64,000 nucleotides of DNA from Octopus bimaculoides. Its lineage: Eukaryota. The stretch's first letter is position 1. Each line of letters starts with the position of its first letter. Below the pieces are notes generated by a model. It was not told where the DNA came from. It worked only from the letters and a program-made list of their open reading frames with translations, and did no database searches. The stretch spans positions 19,526,343 to 19,590,342 of the forward strand of contig NC_069004.1 in the NCBI RefSeq assembly GCF_001194135.2. The letters are read 5' to 3'. Position numbers and translations under genes: made by a program. Of this stretch, positions 1 to 11,747 are shown one piece after another.

Positions 1-70
1 TATTGTGATTTGAAATTTTATTCATGCCAGAATTTTATTTCTGGACTTGGTAGGAAATTAGAAGATTTAT

Positions 71-460
71 TGCTTCCCAACCACATGGTCTTGAGTTTGG
101 TTCCACTGCGTGACACCTTGAGCAAGTGTCTTCTATTTTAGCTCCAGATTAACCAAAGCCTTGTTAGTGGATTTGGTAGACTGAAACTGAAAGAAGCCTG
201 TTGTATATGTGTCTGTGTGTGTATTCTTTTATTCTTTTACTTGTTTCAGTCATTTGATGGTGGCCGTGCTGGAGCACTGCCTTGAAGGGTGTTTTAGTCG
301 AACAAATCAACCCCAGGATTTATTTTTGGAGCCTAATACTTATTCTATCATACCCTTTTGCTGAACCACTAAGTTACTGGGACCTAAATACACCAACACT
401 GGTTGTCAAGTAGTGATGGAGGGGGGGGGCAAACACAAGCACAAAGACAAACACACATAA
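71..460. mobile_element. SINE family A fragments: 5' half on + (71-215), 3' half on - (226-460)
   Basis: Matches the full copies at 22731 and 29261 (ccacatggt..ttcagtcccactgcgtggcaccttgggcaagtgtcttctactatagc; tail aaatgactgaaacaagtaaaaga). Confidence 0.8.
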
Positions 461-499
461 ATATATACATATATATATATAAGGTAATAGCTAATTGCC

Positions 500-819
500 A
501 ACAATTCTTTAAAGTAAAAGCTGACTGCCAACATAATATGGCTGTCTTGGAAGGGATGTTGTTACTGTTCATTAGCTCCAAGAAACATCATTTCTAGCTG
601 GCTATACAACACGCTGTGTCCTTATATTTTCAAACAGGAATCCAGCATCCCCATGCTAGGTGGAAATGCTGAATTCCCTGTTCGAAAATATAAGGACACA
701 GATAGTGTGTTGTATAGCCAGCTAGAAACGATGTTTCTTAGGGCTAATGAACAGTAACAATGTCTGTTCCAGGACAGCCATGTTATGTTGGCAGTCAGCT
801 TTTACTTTAAAGAATTGTT
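500..819. repeat. Fold-back element with ~150-bp inverted arms (500-648, 666-819) and a 17-nt loop
   Basis: aacaattctttaaagtaaaagctgactgccaacat... is the reverse complement of ...atgttggcagtcagcttttactttaaagaattgtt. Arm differences are mostly transitions. Confidence 0.9.
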
Positions 820-825
820 ACTGAA

Positions 826-874
<49 letters not shown>

Positions 875-922
875 GAGAGATTTAGAAATAATAGTATTTC
901 TATTCATATATATATATATATA

Positions 923-1199
923 NNNNNNNNNNNNNNNNNNNNNNNNNNNNNNNNNNNNNNNNNNNNNNNNNNNNNNNNNNNNNNNNNNNNNNNNNNNNNN
1001 NNNNNNNNNNNNNNNNNNNNNNNNNNNNNNNNNNNNNNNNNNNNNNNNNNNNNNNNNNNNNNNNNNNNNNNNNNNNNNNNNNNNNNNNNNNNNNNNNNNN
1101 NNNNNNNNNNNNNNNNNNNNNNNNNNNNNNNNNNNNNNNNNNNNNNNNNNNNNNNNNNNNNNNNNNNNNNNNNNNNNNNNNNNNNNNNNNNNNNNNNNN
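923..1199. other. Assembly gap (further gaps: 3136-3309, 13922-14092, 35596-35777, 40693-40985, 45867-45983, 57726-57735, 61324-61437)
   Basis: Runs of N, most flanked by (TA)n. Confidence 0.99.
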
Positions 1200-2180
1200 T
1201 ATATATATATATTGAGAGAGAGAGAGAGAGAGAGAGAAATGTATGTGTGTACTACTCTCTCCTTGTCTTGATTTCATGAACAGTCAGAAATGAATGTCAC
1301 AGTCATACAGGTGTTTTTCATTTTCAATTTGCCATGGAAACATGTCTAGCCATGGAGAAATATTAACTTGCCTGGAAACAGGTGAAGGTTGATGACAGGA
1401 AGGGCATCTGATTGTAGAAAATCTAGATTGCCTCAATAAACTCTGTCCAACCCAAGTGTGGAAAAATGGACGTTAATGGTTATTATTAATGAATTGTATT
1501 GATTCAGATTTTGAATCCCAATACGAGAGAGTGCAATATTTGTTCCTCAATCAAATTTACCCTTGATCCATTGTGAACCCTGCACTCCTCAGGGTGCAAG
1601 CCATCAGTCTCTCACTTTTAACCTATTTATCTTCCCATTAAAACACGTACTCCTCAGCAACTTCTGAATCCTACCTTCAGATCCCCACAACTGCTCCAAT
1701 CTCTCCTGTGCCACCTCCTCTCACCTTTGAAAAAAAGAAAATGATAGGAAATTCAATGACACCCCCAGTTAGAGGCTCCATAATGCCCAGCTGTACACAA
1801 CTAAGCACTTCTAAGTGCACTCACTGGCAATGCAACACTTGTCTCTACATTAACAATACTACAACCATCACAGTACTACATTACCACCAAAATTGCACCA
1901 CTCATTTTATATTTGGTGAGTAGGCCATTGTTTTGCCAATCACTATTGTGAGCAGGTTTGAAGTGTACTACTATGTATGCTAGGCTAACCTGTTGCCTCC
2001 CACTTCAGTATAATGGGCTATTCTGTTATGCATATGTATATATATATATATGTGTGTGTGTGTGCATGCACACGCACGCACGCACACACACACACACATT
2101 CATTCATTCATTCATTCATTCATTCATTCATTGTTCAGGGAAAATCGAAGGTTTGCATAAAAGGAAATGAAAACAAAAAA

Positions 2181-2747
2181 TCAGAAAATATCTACTGGAT
2201 TGTAACTGGAAGATAACAGTTTACTCAAAGTAGCTGCCTTCAGCTTCCACCTTGTCATCAAGACAGCTCTGGAACTTGTGCATATGTTCCTTACTGTGTC
2301 TTTGGGAAAATTTTCTTGCACCTCCTTGATCTGGACTACCAGCTCAGCTTTGGTGTTGCAGGCAGAGCGATTGGTATCTTTCTCAGCCACACCCCACACA
2401 TAGTAGTCCTTGGAATTGCAATTGGGAGAACTAGGAGGCCAGAAATTGGGGCTGGTGAAATTATAGAAATTCTCCGACAACAACTTCTGGCTCTTTCTGG
2501 AGATATGGCAAGGAACCAAATCCTGCTGCCACATATGTGGCCTTCCTGCAGCAATCCTCTCCAGCCAGGGTTTGATCACCTCCAGCAGCTTCACATAGGC
2601 ATCTAAATTGAGCCTAAGGCCTTGTTGGTGAAATGCCGGTGTATGGACACAGTCAGAGCTCCTGCTGTGTCCCTTTCTTCTGGCCCCAGCTTCATAGTCT
2701 TCATTGCAGATGTCCATATCATGTCTTACAACATTTTCAGTGTTCAC
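2181..2747 (-). mobile_element. Decayed Tc1/mariner-superfamily transposase, C-terminal catalytic half, DD37D (maT-like)
   Basis: GLRLNLDAYVKLLE..WQQD-(37 aa)-D with WPPSSPNCNSKDYYVWG, the WPPxSPDLNPxDY motif. Similarity covers about 2220-2650 and frameshifts near the C-terminus. Confidence 0.88.
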
Positions 2748-2829
2748 AGAACATTGAGTTAACAGTTGCTATGTTGGCATTTTGATACCCGGTGCAAAAT
2801 CATCATGATACAGGTAACTCATCCAGTAT

Positions 2830-2928
2830 TCAGATGGCTTCCAGTCTTTCCATGTCAGCTAATTTGTTCTTGAATACAGCTTTAATCTTTATGCTCTCCA
2901 ACACTGTTAACTGTTCATCAAGCTGTTC
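2830..2928 (-). other. Candidate terminal coding exon EQLDEQLTVLESIKIKAVFKNKLADMERLEAI*
   Basis: Pyrimidine-rich acceptor (catgtctcc-polyT-cag). Only phase 0 is open (32 codons plus TGA). No homology established. Confidence 0.2.
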
Positions 2929-3074
2929 CTGAAAAAAAGGAGACATGAAATTGAGTCAAATTTAACCTGAACACTTCCAGTGTAATACTTAAGCATTATG
3001 CCTATTGTTTCTTTTTATGAATTGTGTTATCTCACTCTCTTCTTTTTCTATCTCCTTTTGTCTTTTTCTTTCTT

Positions 3075-3135
<61 letters not shown>

Positions 3136-3309
3136 NNNNNNNNNNNNNNNNNNNNNNNNNNNNNNNNNNNNNNNNNNNNNNNNNNNNNNNNNNNNNNNNN
3201 NNNNNNNNNNNNNNNNNNNNNNNNNNNNNNNNNNNNNNNNNNNNNNNNNNNNNNNNNNNNNNNNNNNNNNNNNNNNNNNNNNNNNNNNNNNNNNNNNNNN
3301 NNNNNNNNN

Positions 3310-3513
3310 TTCGAGCGTGGCCGTTTTCGTGCGGGTGACACGTAAAAGCACCCACTACACTCTCTGAGTGGTTGGCGTTAGGAAGGGCATCCAGCTGTAG
3401 AAACTCTGCCAAATTAGACTGGAGCCTGGTCTTGCCATCCGGTTTCACCAGTCCTCAGTCAAATCGTCCAACCCATGCTAGCATGGAAAGCGGACGTTAA
3501 ACGATGATGATGA
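3310..3513 (+). mobile_element. RTE-LINE 3'UTR-type tail (family E) ending in (GAT)n
   Basis: gagtggttggcgttaggaagggcatccagctgtagaaac...ccaacccatgctagcatggaaagcggacgttaaacgatgatgatgat. The same tail follows the RTE ORF end at 23555-24020. Confidence 0.8.
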
Positions 3514-3534
3514 TATATATATATATATATATAT

Positions 3535-3733
3535 GTTCTTTCACCATGATTGATCACTAGCCACTAAACCTTTTTTTATTTTCTCTCTGCTTATTTCTGT
3601 GTTCCCGTTGAAGAGCGTAGGCTCGAAACGTAAAAGACTTTCTCTGTTCTCGAGCATTAAACCAATACATCTGTTTGTTGTTTACACACCCGTCTTTGTC
3701 TTTTGTTTTGTTTTCTATTTTGTAAATTCCAAC

Positions 3734-3735
<2 letters not shown>
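3535..3735 (+). mobile_element. (TA)n-flanked repeat remnant with a hammerhead-like core, possibly Penelope-related
   Basis: TTGAAGA-gcgtaggctc-GAAACGTA at 3608-3632. (TA)n runs lie on both sides. Confidence 0.45.
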
Positions 3736-3781
<46 letters not shown>

Positions 3782-3965
3782 GACACACACTAAACATACA
3801 CACAAACATAGTTTTTATGTATTTAATTTTCCCTGTTGTTGAATTATTGTAATGAATGTTTTTCTTTGCTATCAACAAATGTTATACTTGCCTCCTGATC
3901 CTTCGATCTATGTTGATATAGTTATTATGTGGAGACTCACCAATACAACCTGGTGATTTTTCTTC

Positions 3966-4028
<63 letters not shown>

Positions 4029-4429
4029 TATTACTTACCCATATTGGTGAATGGATTTCTCTTGCAAACATTGGTCAAAATTTTTGTTGCCCAGTTACAA
4101 TGTCATCCCACTTATACATATCTATATTGTAAATTAAACTACTGAACATAGCTCAGTTCACAAATCTTTGCTACTTGTATTTCCATGTCCCTCACTAACT
4201 GTTTCAGTTATTTTCATATGCAATATGTTGGGCTACAAAAGTTACAATTGGGTTGGAAGGAGACTTTCTTGAACCTAATTAAGAGTGGTCTTGTATCATT
4301 CCTTTACCACAAATAGCTCTTTTGTATAATAGGCAATGTAGTTTCTCTTTATCCAAATTTTTGTATTTTCTAATAGAAAGGACAGTCATACCACTTTCTT
4401 AAAAGTTTTGCTTATGACAAAATTTGATT

Positions 4430-4660
4430 ACTTCTCATACTTCCAATTAGTCAAGAGGTTGACTAATTGTGAATCTAATCCAAGTCCATTTTTTACCTGG
4501 CTCTCTTCCCTTTTATCTCCTTTCCTTCTCTTCCAAAACTCTCTTGGACTTTCCTCTCATATTCATTGTATGAAGGCTGATGAAGGACCTGTCTGAAATG
4601 TTAAATTTTTTACTCTAGCTCTATTTTCCTTTGAGTGTTGACCCAATGATATTAACTATA
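4430..4660 (+). mobile_element. Possible Penelope-like terminal-repeat remnant
   Basis: Pyrimidine-rich stretch followed by CTGATGA-aggacctgtct-GAAAtgtt (4577-4602). Confidence 0.4.
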
Positions 4661-5208
4661 AATGTCTCTTGGACTTCTGTTATTATTTTTTTATTTGTAT
4701 TTACTCTACTTAATAGAATGCTTGTCAGTTAAGATATACCATAGCTGTTTATAGCCTCTGGTGGTGAACACAACCTCCTCACTGTGGTAGAACTGGCCAT
4801 TGAAACTTAAGTATCTTTACAGGAAACACACAGTGGTTTACAGGGCACATAGTGTGGACTGATCCTGGGAGTGGCTTATCTACAGGGTAAAAAGTCAGAT
4901 ACATGGCAACTGTCATAATACTAACTCATATTTAAAGTATCTGCAAACATCATTATTGTCAATGTCCACACCCATTGCTAGTCTTATTTGGACAAACTGG
5001 TTCATACAGCTGTCATTCCATTTTACTTTTTGGTTGTCTCTTCATTCAAGGCATCCAAATTTACAGAATCTCTTGAGTTCAGTAAAAATGCGCCTGAAAT
5101 GCATTAAACAAAACAAAAAAAAAACAACATTGTCAAACTTAGTTTTTGTTTAGTTATTCTGTATTTTTATGTAAGATTTCAGCTTTGATTCTGTTATTCT
5201 CCATATAT

Positions 5209-5431
5209 TCCTTTAGCATTTAAACCAGCCATATATATGACCCAAATATTCTATCTGTTTTATGTTCAAACTGATCAGATCCAGCCTCTCACACCAACCC
5301 TACAATGTCATTCTAAAGATATACAAACATGTCATCAAAATCTTGAAGCTACAAGACAGTGCATGGTTAATTCAAAACAGGGAAGAAATAATCCCTACAT
5401 TTAACAGAGTTATTTGAATACTAAAGGTTAA
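5209..5431 (+). mobile_element. TTAA-ended MITE family F (piggyBac-type ends); other copies near 5800-5960, 6050-6250, 20950-21090, 24960-25105, 35070-35285, 42180-42360, 53310-53500, 60068-60252
   Basis: Consensus ttaaccctttagcatttaaactggcc...aatctgaatgctaaagggttaa, with TIRs CCCTTTAGCATT/AATGCTAAAGGG bounded by TTAA in the best-preserved copies. Confidence 0.8.
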
Positions 5432-6364
5432 AATATGTTTATGGGAATCTTATCTTTTATTTTGTTTCAGTCATTAGACTGTGGCCATGCTTGGGCACCA
5501 CCTTGTGGAATTTTAGTTGAACTAATCGACTCTGGTACTTATTTTCTTTTTAAGCTTAGTACTTATTCTATTCATCTCTTTTGCCGAAGTGCTAAGTTAT
5601 GGGGATGTAAATACCAACACCAGTTGTCAAGCAGTGGTGGAGTGCAAAATCATTAACCACATCACTGGTACTCAACCAGGGTCCATATGATCTCTGGAGA
5701 TCCACGTAGCATTTTTGGGGGCCCATGCAAACAAAGTAGTAAATTTGGGATCCGCAGTAGCATAGATTATTCTTTCTGTCAAATGTAATACTTTTCAATT
5801 CATATTGAATTAATTAAGCATTATCTCGTAGCTTTGAGATTTTAATGTGACTATTTTTAGAATGACATTATTGGGTAGACAGGAGAGATCAGATCTCGCC
5901 AGTTGAGCATAAAACATGAGTAATTTGGCTGGATATGGCCTGCTTAAATGCTAAAGCGTTAATGGGTGCATGAAATTTTTTTTGCTTTAGTTGTATTTAT
6001 TGCAAGAGACAGCTGTTTCTTTCTAACATGTTTCTGACCGAGAGTTCTGGCCATATCCAGCCAAAACATTCTATGTTTTTTATGTTCAAACTGGCCAAAT
6101 GCTGCCTCTCTCGCCTTCCCTACAATGTCTTTCTAAAATCAATCACATCATCAAAATCTCCAAGCTATGAGATAATGCATGATTGATTCAAAACAATGTG
6201 AATAAAGAAGTATTGCATTCGTTAGAGTAATCTGAAAGCTAGAGTGTTGAATATTGAATGGATATGGAGGTCCACCAGAATAAAATTATAATCAAAGGAG
6301 TCCATAGGTAAAACATGGTTGATAACCATTGAACTACATGAAATAAATCTAAAAGTTCTCCATG

Positions 6365-6397
<33 letters not shown>

Positions 6398-7078
6398 TAC
6401 TTCTGCATTTAATCTGTTGTTTCTGTGGTCATTTAATAGATACCAAATCTTCCTTAAATCATTACTCTACAATCTTGAAAAAGGAAAGTCATTCTGGACA
6501 ATATAATACTAGATGGCCATTGCTGGAATGTCTTTGGTCAGGGCTGATTTGGTGTTAAACAACACCACCTTGTCCAATGAGAGAATCTGTATGTAGACCA
6601 GGCATCTTCTATCTTTTATCTTTCACTTGTTTCAGTCCTTAAACTGTGCGGCCATGCTGGGGCACTACTACCTTGAAGAATTTTAGTTGAGTGAATTGAC
6701 CTCAGTACTTATTTTTTTGGAAACCCTTGTACTTATTCTATTGGTCTCTGCCAAACTGCTAAGTTACGTTGTTGACTAATGGGAGAGGACAAGCACATAC
6801 ACAAAGACACAGACACATACGACAGGCTTCTTTCAGTTTCCATCTACTACATCCACTCACAAAGCTTTGGTTGCATTTAGGGCCATTTGTAGCATCCTTG
6901 TAGTGCAGCCACCTAGCCTGTTTGATAATTCTTTGTCAATGGTTTCACTGCCATTCGAAACAGTGATGTTGGACTGAGAAGTGTGGTAGGTGGACTTTGC
7001 TGCTGCAGCCCAAGTTGGAACCCAACCATTAAAAAAAATTCTTTTTTTTTTTTTTAAAGCTGTGATATATCTAAACGT

Positions 7079-7465
7079 GGAGGTGCAATGGCCCAGTGGT
7101 TAGGGCAGTGGACTCGCGGTCATAGGATCGCGGTTTCGATTCCCAGGCCGGGCATTGTGAGTGTTTATTGAGCGAAAACACCTAAAGCTCCACGAGGCTC
7201 CGGCAGGGGATGGTGGCAAACCCTGCTGTACTCTTTCGCCTCGACTTTCTCTCACTCTTACTTCCTGTTTCTGTTGTGCCTGTAATTCAAAGGGCCAGCC
7301 TTGTCACACTGTGTCATGCTGAATATCCCCGAGAGCTACGTTAAGGGTACACGTGTCTGTGGAGTGCTCAGCCACTTGCACGTTAATTTCACAAGCAGGC
7401 TGTTCCGTTGATCGAATCAACTGGAACCCTCGACGTCGTAAACTACGGAGTGCCAACAACAACGA
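7079..7465 (+). mobile_element. tRNA-derived SINE family C, near full length
   Basis: Head has A-box (tggcccagtggttagggc) and B-box (ggtttcgattccc) motifs. Tail ends ggagtgccaacaacaac. A related tail is at 37230-37375. Confidence 0.8.
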
Positions 7466-7893
7466 TATGTCTAAAAGCAAGAACAGTTTTAGGTTGAATG
7501 CCTTTGTTCATAGATTTTTTGATCAGGTTGTGTCTGCCTTTGAGCTAAGCAACAACAACAACAAAACCTGTTGCCCCAAATGTCATATGTAGAACAAGCA
7601 CCTTCAAGTATTGTAATATACATACACCTTGCAAAATGATTCCTAGGAGTGTGTCATATGTCTGATTAGTATTTACAGGTGTTCTAAAAACCATAAAGAT
7701 GCTTCCTTGCTAGGGAATTTTTATTGTACAAGACCCAACCCTAGTTTTATTCATTTGTTGAAACTATTAAGGTGAATGTCATAACGCTGGTGCTGATAAA
7801 TACTAGAGAAATAAGGTTAGGTTTTTCTTTATTTATTCTTTACTTTTATTTCATTTATATACATAAACACACGCACATAGATACACACACACA

Positions 7894-7928
<35 letters not shown>

Positions 7929-8341
7929 GTATGCATAGATACTTACATATGTTTTATATATTTTGTCAAGCAGAAGACATGGCTACACAGTGTGTCCTAT
8001 TCATTATGAGACAAAGACACAAAATACCTGGTTAAATGCAACTTATATTGCACACATTTACCATCCTTCCCCTTGCTAGGTTATTTAAAAAAAAGCATTT
8101 TTTCCCCCTTCTTTCCTAATCTTCCAACCAGCAAGTGAACTTCCAAACAATAAACTAACTGTACTAGCACACGTCATGGCTGTTCAAAATAAGATTCAGG
8201 CATTTTGTGTGTTTATTTTGAAGCAGGTTCTTTTCTTCTTCTGTCTCTTTAGTTCTTCTTGTGAGCAAATCAAGAATTATTTGTATATATTCAGTTATGT
8301 TTCAAATGTTTTCTTTATGTGTATATTTCTTCCTTTTTCAG

Positions 8342-8359
8342 GAAATAGATATGTAACTA
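8342..8359 (+). other. Candidate 18-nt symmetric (phase 1) micro-exon, (G)NRYVT
   Basis: tttcttcctttttcag|GAAATAGATATGTAACTA|gtaagc. Only one frame is open. Confidence 0.3.
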
Positions 8360-9134
8360 GTAAGCAAGCCACTAGATGTAAAAAACAAACATTGTACACA
8401 TGTGCGCACACACACACACATTTCCATGACTGAAAAATTGTATAGACTATTGCTACACTGATGATGACGACAACTATTATTATTATTATTATTTAGCATT
8501 CATCTTCTAAGTTAGCATAGACTGGGTGGTTTAGTAGAATCTGACGAGTCAGAAGACTGCGTTATGCTCCAATATCTATTTTTGTATGGTTTCTATGGTT
8601 TAATCACTTTATAAGAGTGTACAGGGTGCTTTTTTTTTAGGATATATGTAAAAAAAGAATTCTTTGTTTTTATGTCCCTTTTTCTATGTTATAGGTTAGA
8701 TGAATGTATTTTATTGTAACAATATTTTACAGCCATGTGCTCTTCTTGCCACTAACTCTATCTGTTCTTAAAGCAAAGGGAATCTTATTCCATGTCTTTG
8801 AAGGCACAAAACCAGCAGATGTCCCTAACAACAGCAACATGACAGCCTGTAGCTGAGTGATTTTTCAGAGAAACATAAAGTAAACACACATGCACACACA
8901 CGCGCGCGCGCGATGAGCTTCTTTCAGTTTCTGTCTATAAAATCTTTAAGTTATAAGGCTTTGGCAGATGACACTTGCCCAAGGTGCTACACAGTATGAT
9001 GAATCCAAAATCATGTGGTTTGGAAGCAAGCTTCTTAACTACACAGCCATGGCTGCACCTATATATGTGTGTGTGTGTGTATGTGTAATACTTGAATGTG
9101 TCTGTGTAACTTGTGTGTATGTTTTTGTATGTAC

Positions 9135-9340
9135 ATCATCATTATCATTTAATGTCTGTTTTCCATGCTGGCTTGCACGGTTTGACTGGAGCTGGTAATG
9201 CCGGGGGCCTGCACCAGACTCTGTTGTCTATTCTGGCATGGTTTCTATGACCGGATACCCTTTCTGATGCCAACCATTCCACAGAGTGTACTGGGTGCTT
9301 TCTATGTGTCACCAGCACCCATGCTTTTAACATCACCAGC
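9135..9340 (-). mobile_element. Family E RTE-tail copy; others at 10340-10555(+), 10555-10670(-), 38690-38900(-), 38960-39075(+), 55370-55480(-), 60290-60400(-), 63690-63870(+)
   Basis: Reverse complement of the 3310-3513 consensus. Confidence 0.7.
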
Positions 9341-11139
9341 ACATGTGTGCATGTGAATATATATATGTATATAACACACACACACACATACACGCTGCAG
9401 TGATAAGAAATACTTCATTACCATTTAATCCACTCGTCTACACTTCAGTGTATGGCAACATTGTTTCCCTGAGTTTGTTGACTGAATTCATCATTTAAAC
9501 CTTGTTCAATTCATTTGCTTCTCTCCTTGTCCCTTTCCAAAATCATTCTTATCCTGGAATTGTACACTTTTGTTCTATCCAATCCTCTGTTTCCTCTTTG
9601 GTTGTGTTATCTGCTACAGTTATTAGAGTTGAATATCAGCCACTTGAATGTCAACTATTCAACAGAGTAACATAAGAATTTCAATGGAGACCAGAACCTG
9701 CAGATACATAGAAGGGAGAAGCAGAGGGAACTGTCATATTCTTACTGTTTCTCTTTGTCCGTTTTGCTATTCTTACTGTTTCTCTTTGTCCGTTTTTGCT
9801 TTAACAGTGTCAGCTGTTATCATGGGGAATGACAGCCTGTACCTAACTTACAATAAAATTTATTTACTCTTGTCGTGGTATTCAAAGGATTTCTGAATAT
9901 ACTCTGTATGTGTGTGCAGTCAAAGATAAAGTTTATTGCTTAGAAACAGATGAAGGTTGGCAACAGGAAGGGTATTCAGTTGTGGAAAATCTGCCTCAAA
10001 AAACTTTGTCTGACCCAAGCAAGCTTGCAATAGACATTAGAAATAATAAAGATGATGATGTTTATTGTTTATCGATGTCTGTGCAATGTTTATGTGTGTA
10101 TGTATGAGGTGGACTTATATCCATATAGAGTTATGAGTTGTATATCTCACACACTTAGCAGCAATACTTTCATCCATGTGCCAGTGTAGCCACTGTTCAA
10201 CCTCAGTCTGAAGTGGTGGAGCTATGATCAAGAGCACCTTTCCAGAAGGTCATACAACTATGCTAAAGCTCTGTTACGGTCTCGAGAGTTAATGTAGTCT
10301 TATGGTCAGGTCAGATTCTATGTTACGCTTATGCCATGCAAAAAGCAGTCAGTCCACTGTGCTGGGTGGTTAGTGTTAGGAAGGACATCTAGCCATAAAA
10401 CTCTGCAGAATGGTTGGTGTTAGGATGGGCATCCAGCTGTAGAAACCAAGCCAAAAACAGACTGGAGCCTGGTGCAGCTCTCTGGCTTACCAGTCCCAGT
10501 CAAACTGTCTTACTCAATGCTAGCATGGAAAATGGACACTAAATGATGATGATGTTCCATGCTGGCATGTGTTGGATGGTTTGATAGGATCTGATAGGTT
10601 CAAGGATTGCACTGTGCTCCAGTTACTGCTTTGGCTTGCTTTCTCCAACTGGTAGCCTTTTCTTACCAGCAGAGTTGGTAAAAATGACCGACTCTAATTT
10701 CCACCTAAATATAAATTGTATTATAATGCATTGAAATTTCCAATTTTACAGATACTAGTTTGTTTTCTGCGCTGAAAACAATGAAATCTCCATTAGGGTT
10801 TTGACCCATCGTTTTTGGAAGTACTTCCATGGCTTATCTTCCTATAGGTCTCTTTCCAGATGATTTGGCTGGCTGAATGGTAACTCTGTGTGCTGCAGGC
10901 AGTGCCCAGTAAGTTGCAGTTGTCTTCTCATATCATGTTGGTCAAACGGAACACCGGAATAAAGGCCTTGGAACATGTTGGGAAACCCAAGATCAAATAA
11001 TAATAAGGCTTTCTTTATTAAGTACAAGGCTAATAATAAAATGGACAAAATTTTGATTGCATTGACACAGAAACAAGATGACAAAGTGAAGCAAGCTGCA
11101 TAAAGAAGGACTCACAGTGAGTGTCTATATAAAATATAT

Positions 11140-11423
11140 ATGTACATATACTTTTATAAACACACATACACATATTTTATTTATAGCTGTGCATCTACAT
11201 CAGTCATTCTAGAGCCTTAGCTGGATGGCTAAAATAAAACTAATGTATGCACACACATACACCCACCCGTACACATGAGTGCACGCACACGCGCACACAC
11301 ACACCAGCATGAAAAAAAACAAACCCATGTAAGATGATGCTGGTGATGACACATGTATATAAAAATGGGAGTATGTAGATATGTTTGTGTATGTGCTTGT
11401 GTGAATGTGTGCTTATATATGTG

Positions 11424-11492
<69 letters not shown>

Positions 11493-11713
11493 GTGTGTGT
11501 GTGTGTTTCTATATACAGATATGTATGTATATATATTTATATATATGGATAATTATGTCTATATGTAGATGATTGTGTGTGTGTGTGCGCGTGCATATCT
11601 ATCAATATGTATATATATAAATACACACACACACATAGATGTATGCTTATATATGCAAATATGTGTATATATTTATACATGTTTGTAGATGTGTGTGTGT
11701 GTGTACATTATAT

Positions 11714-11747
<34 letters not shown>

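Noticed and set aside
785-1279. ORFs containing long X runs (also around 3000-3450, 13825-14141, 35451-35826, 40647-41050, 45790-46075)
   Set aside because: They are open only because they cross N gaps.
7079-7155. tRNA-like sequences here and at 22731, 37085, 48428, 52130
   Set aside because: A/B-box-like motifs continue directly into SINE bodies and no complete cloverleaf is evident. They are SINE heads, not tRNA genes.
10842-11084. 80-aa minus ORF with a hydrophobic N-terminus
   Set aside because: It has a non-ATG start, and the hydrophobicity comes from reverse-reading an A-rich stretch. No recognisable domain.
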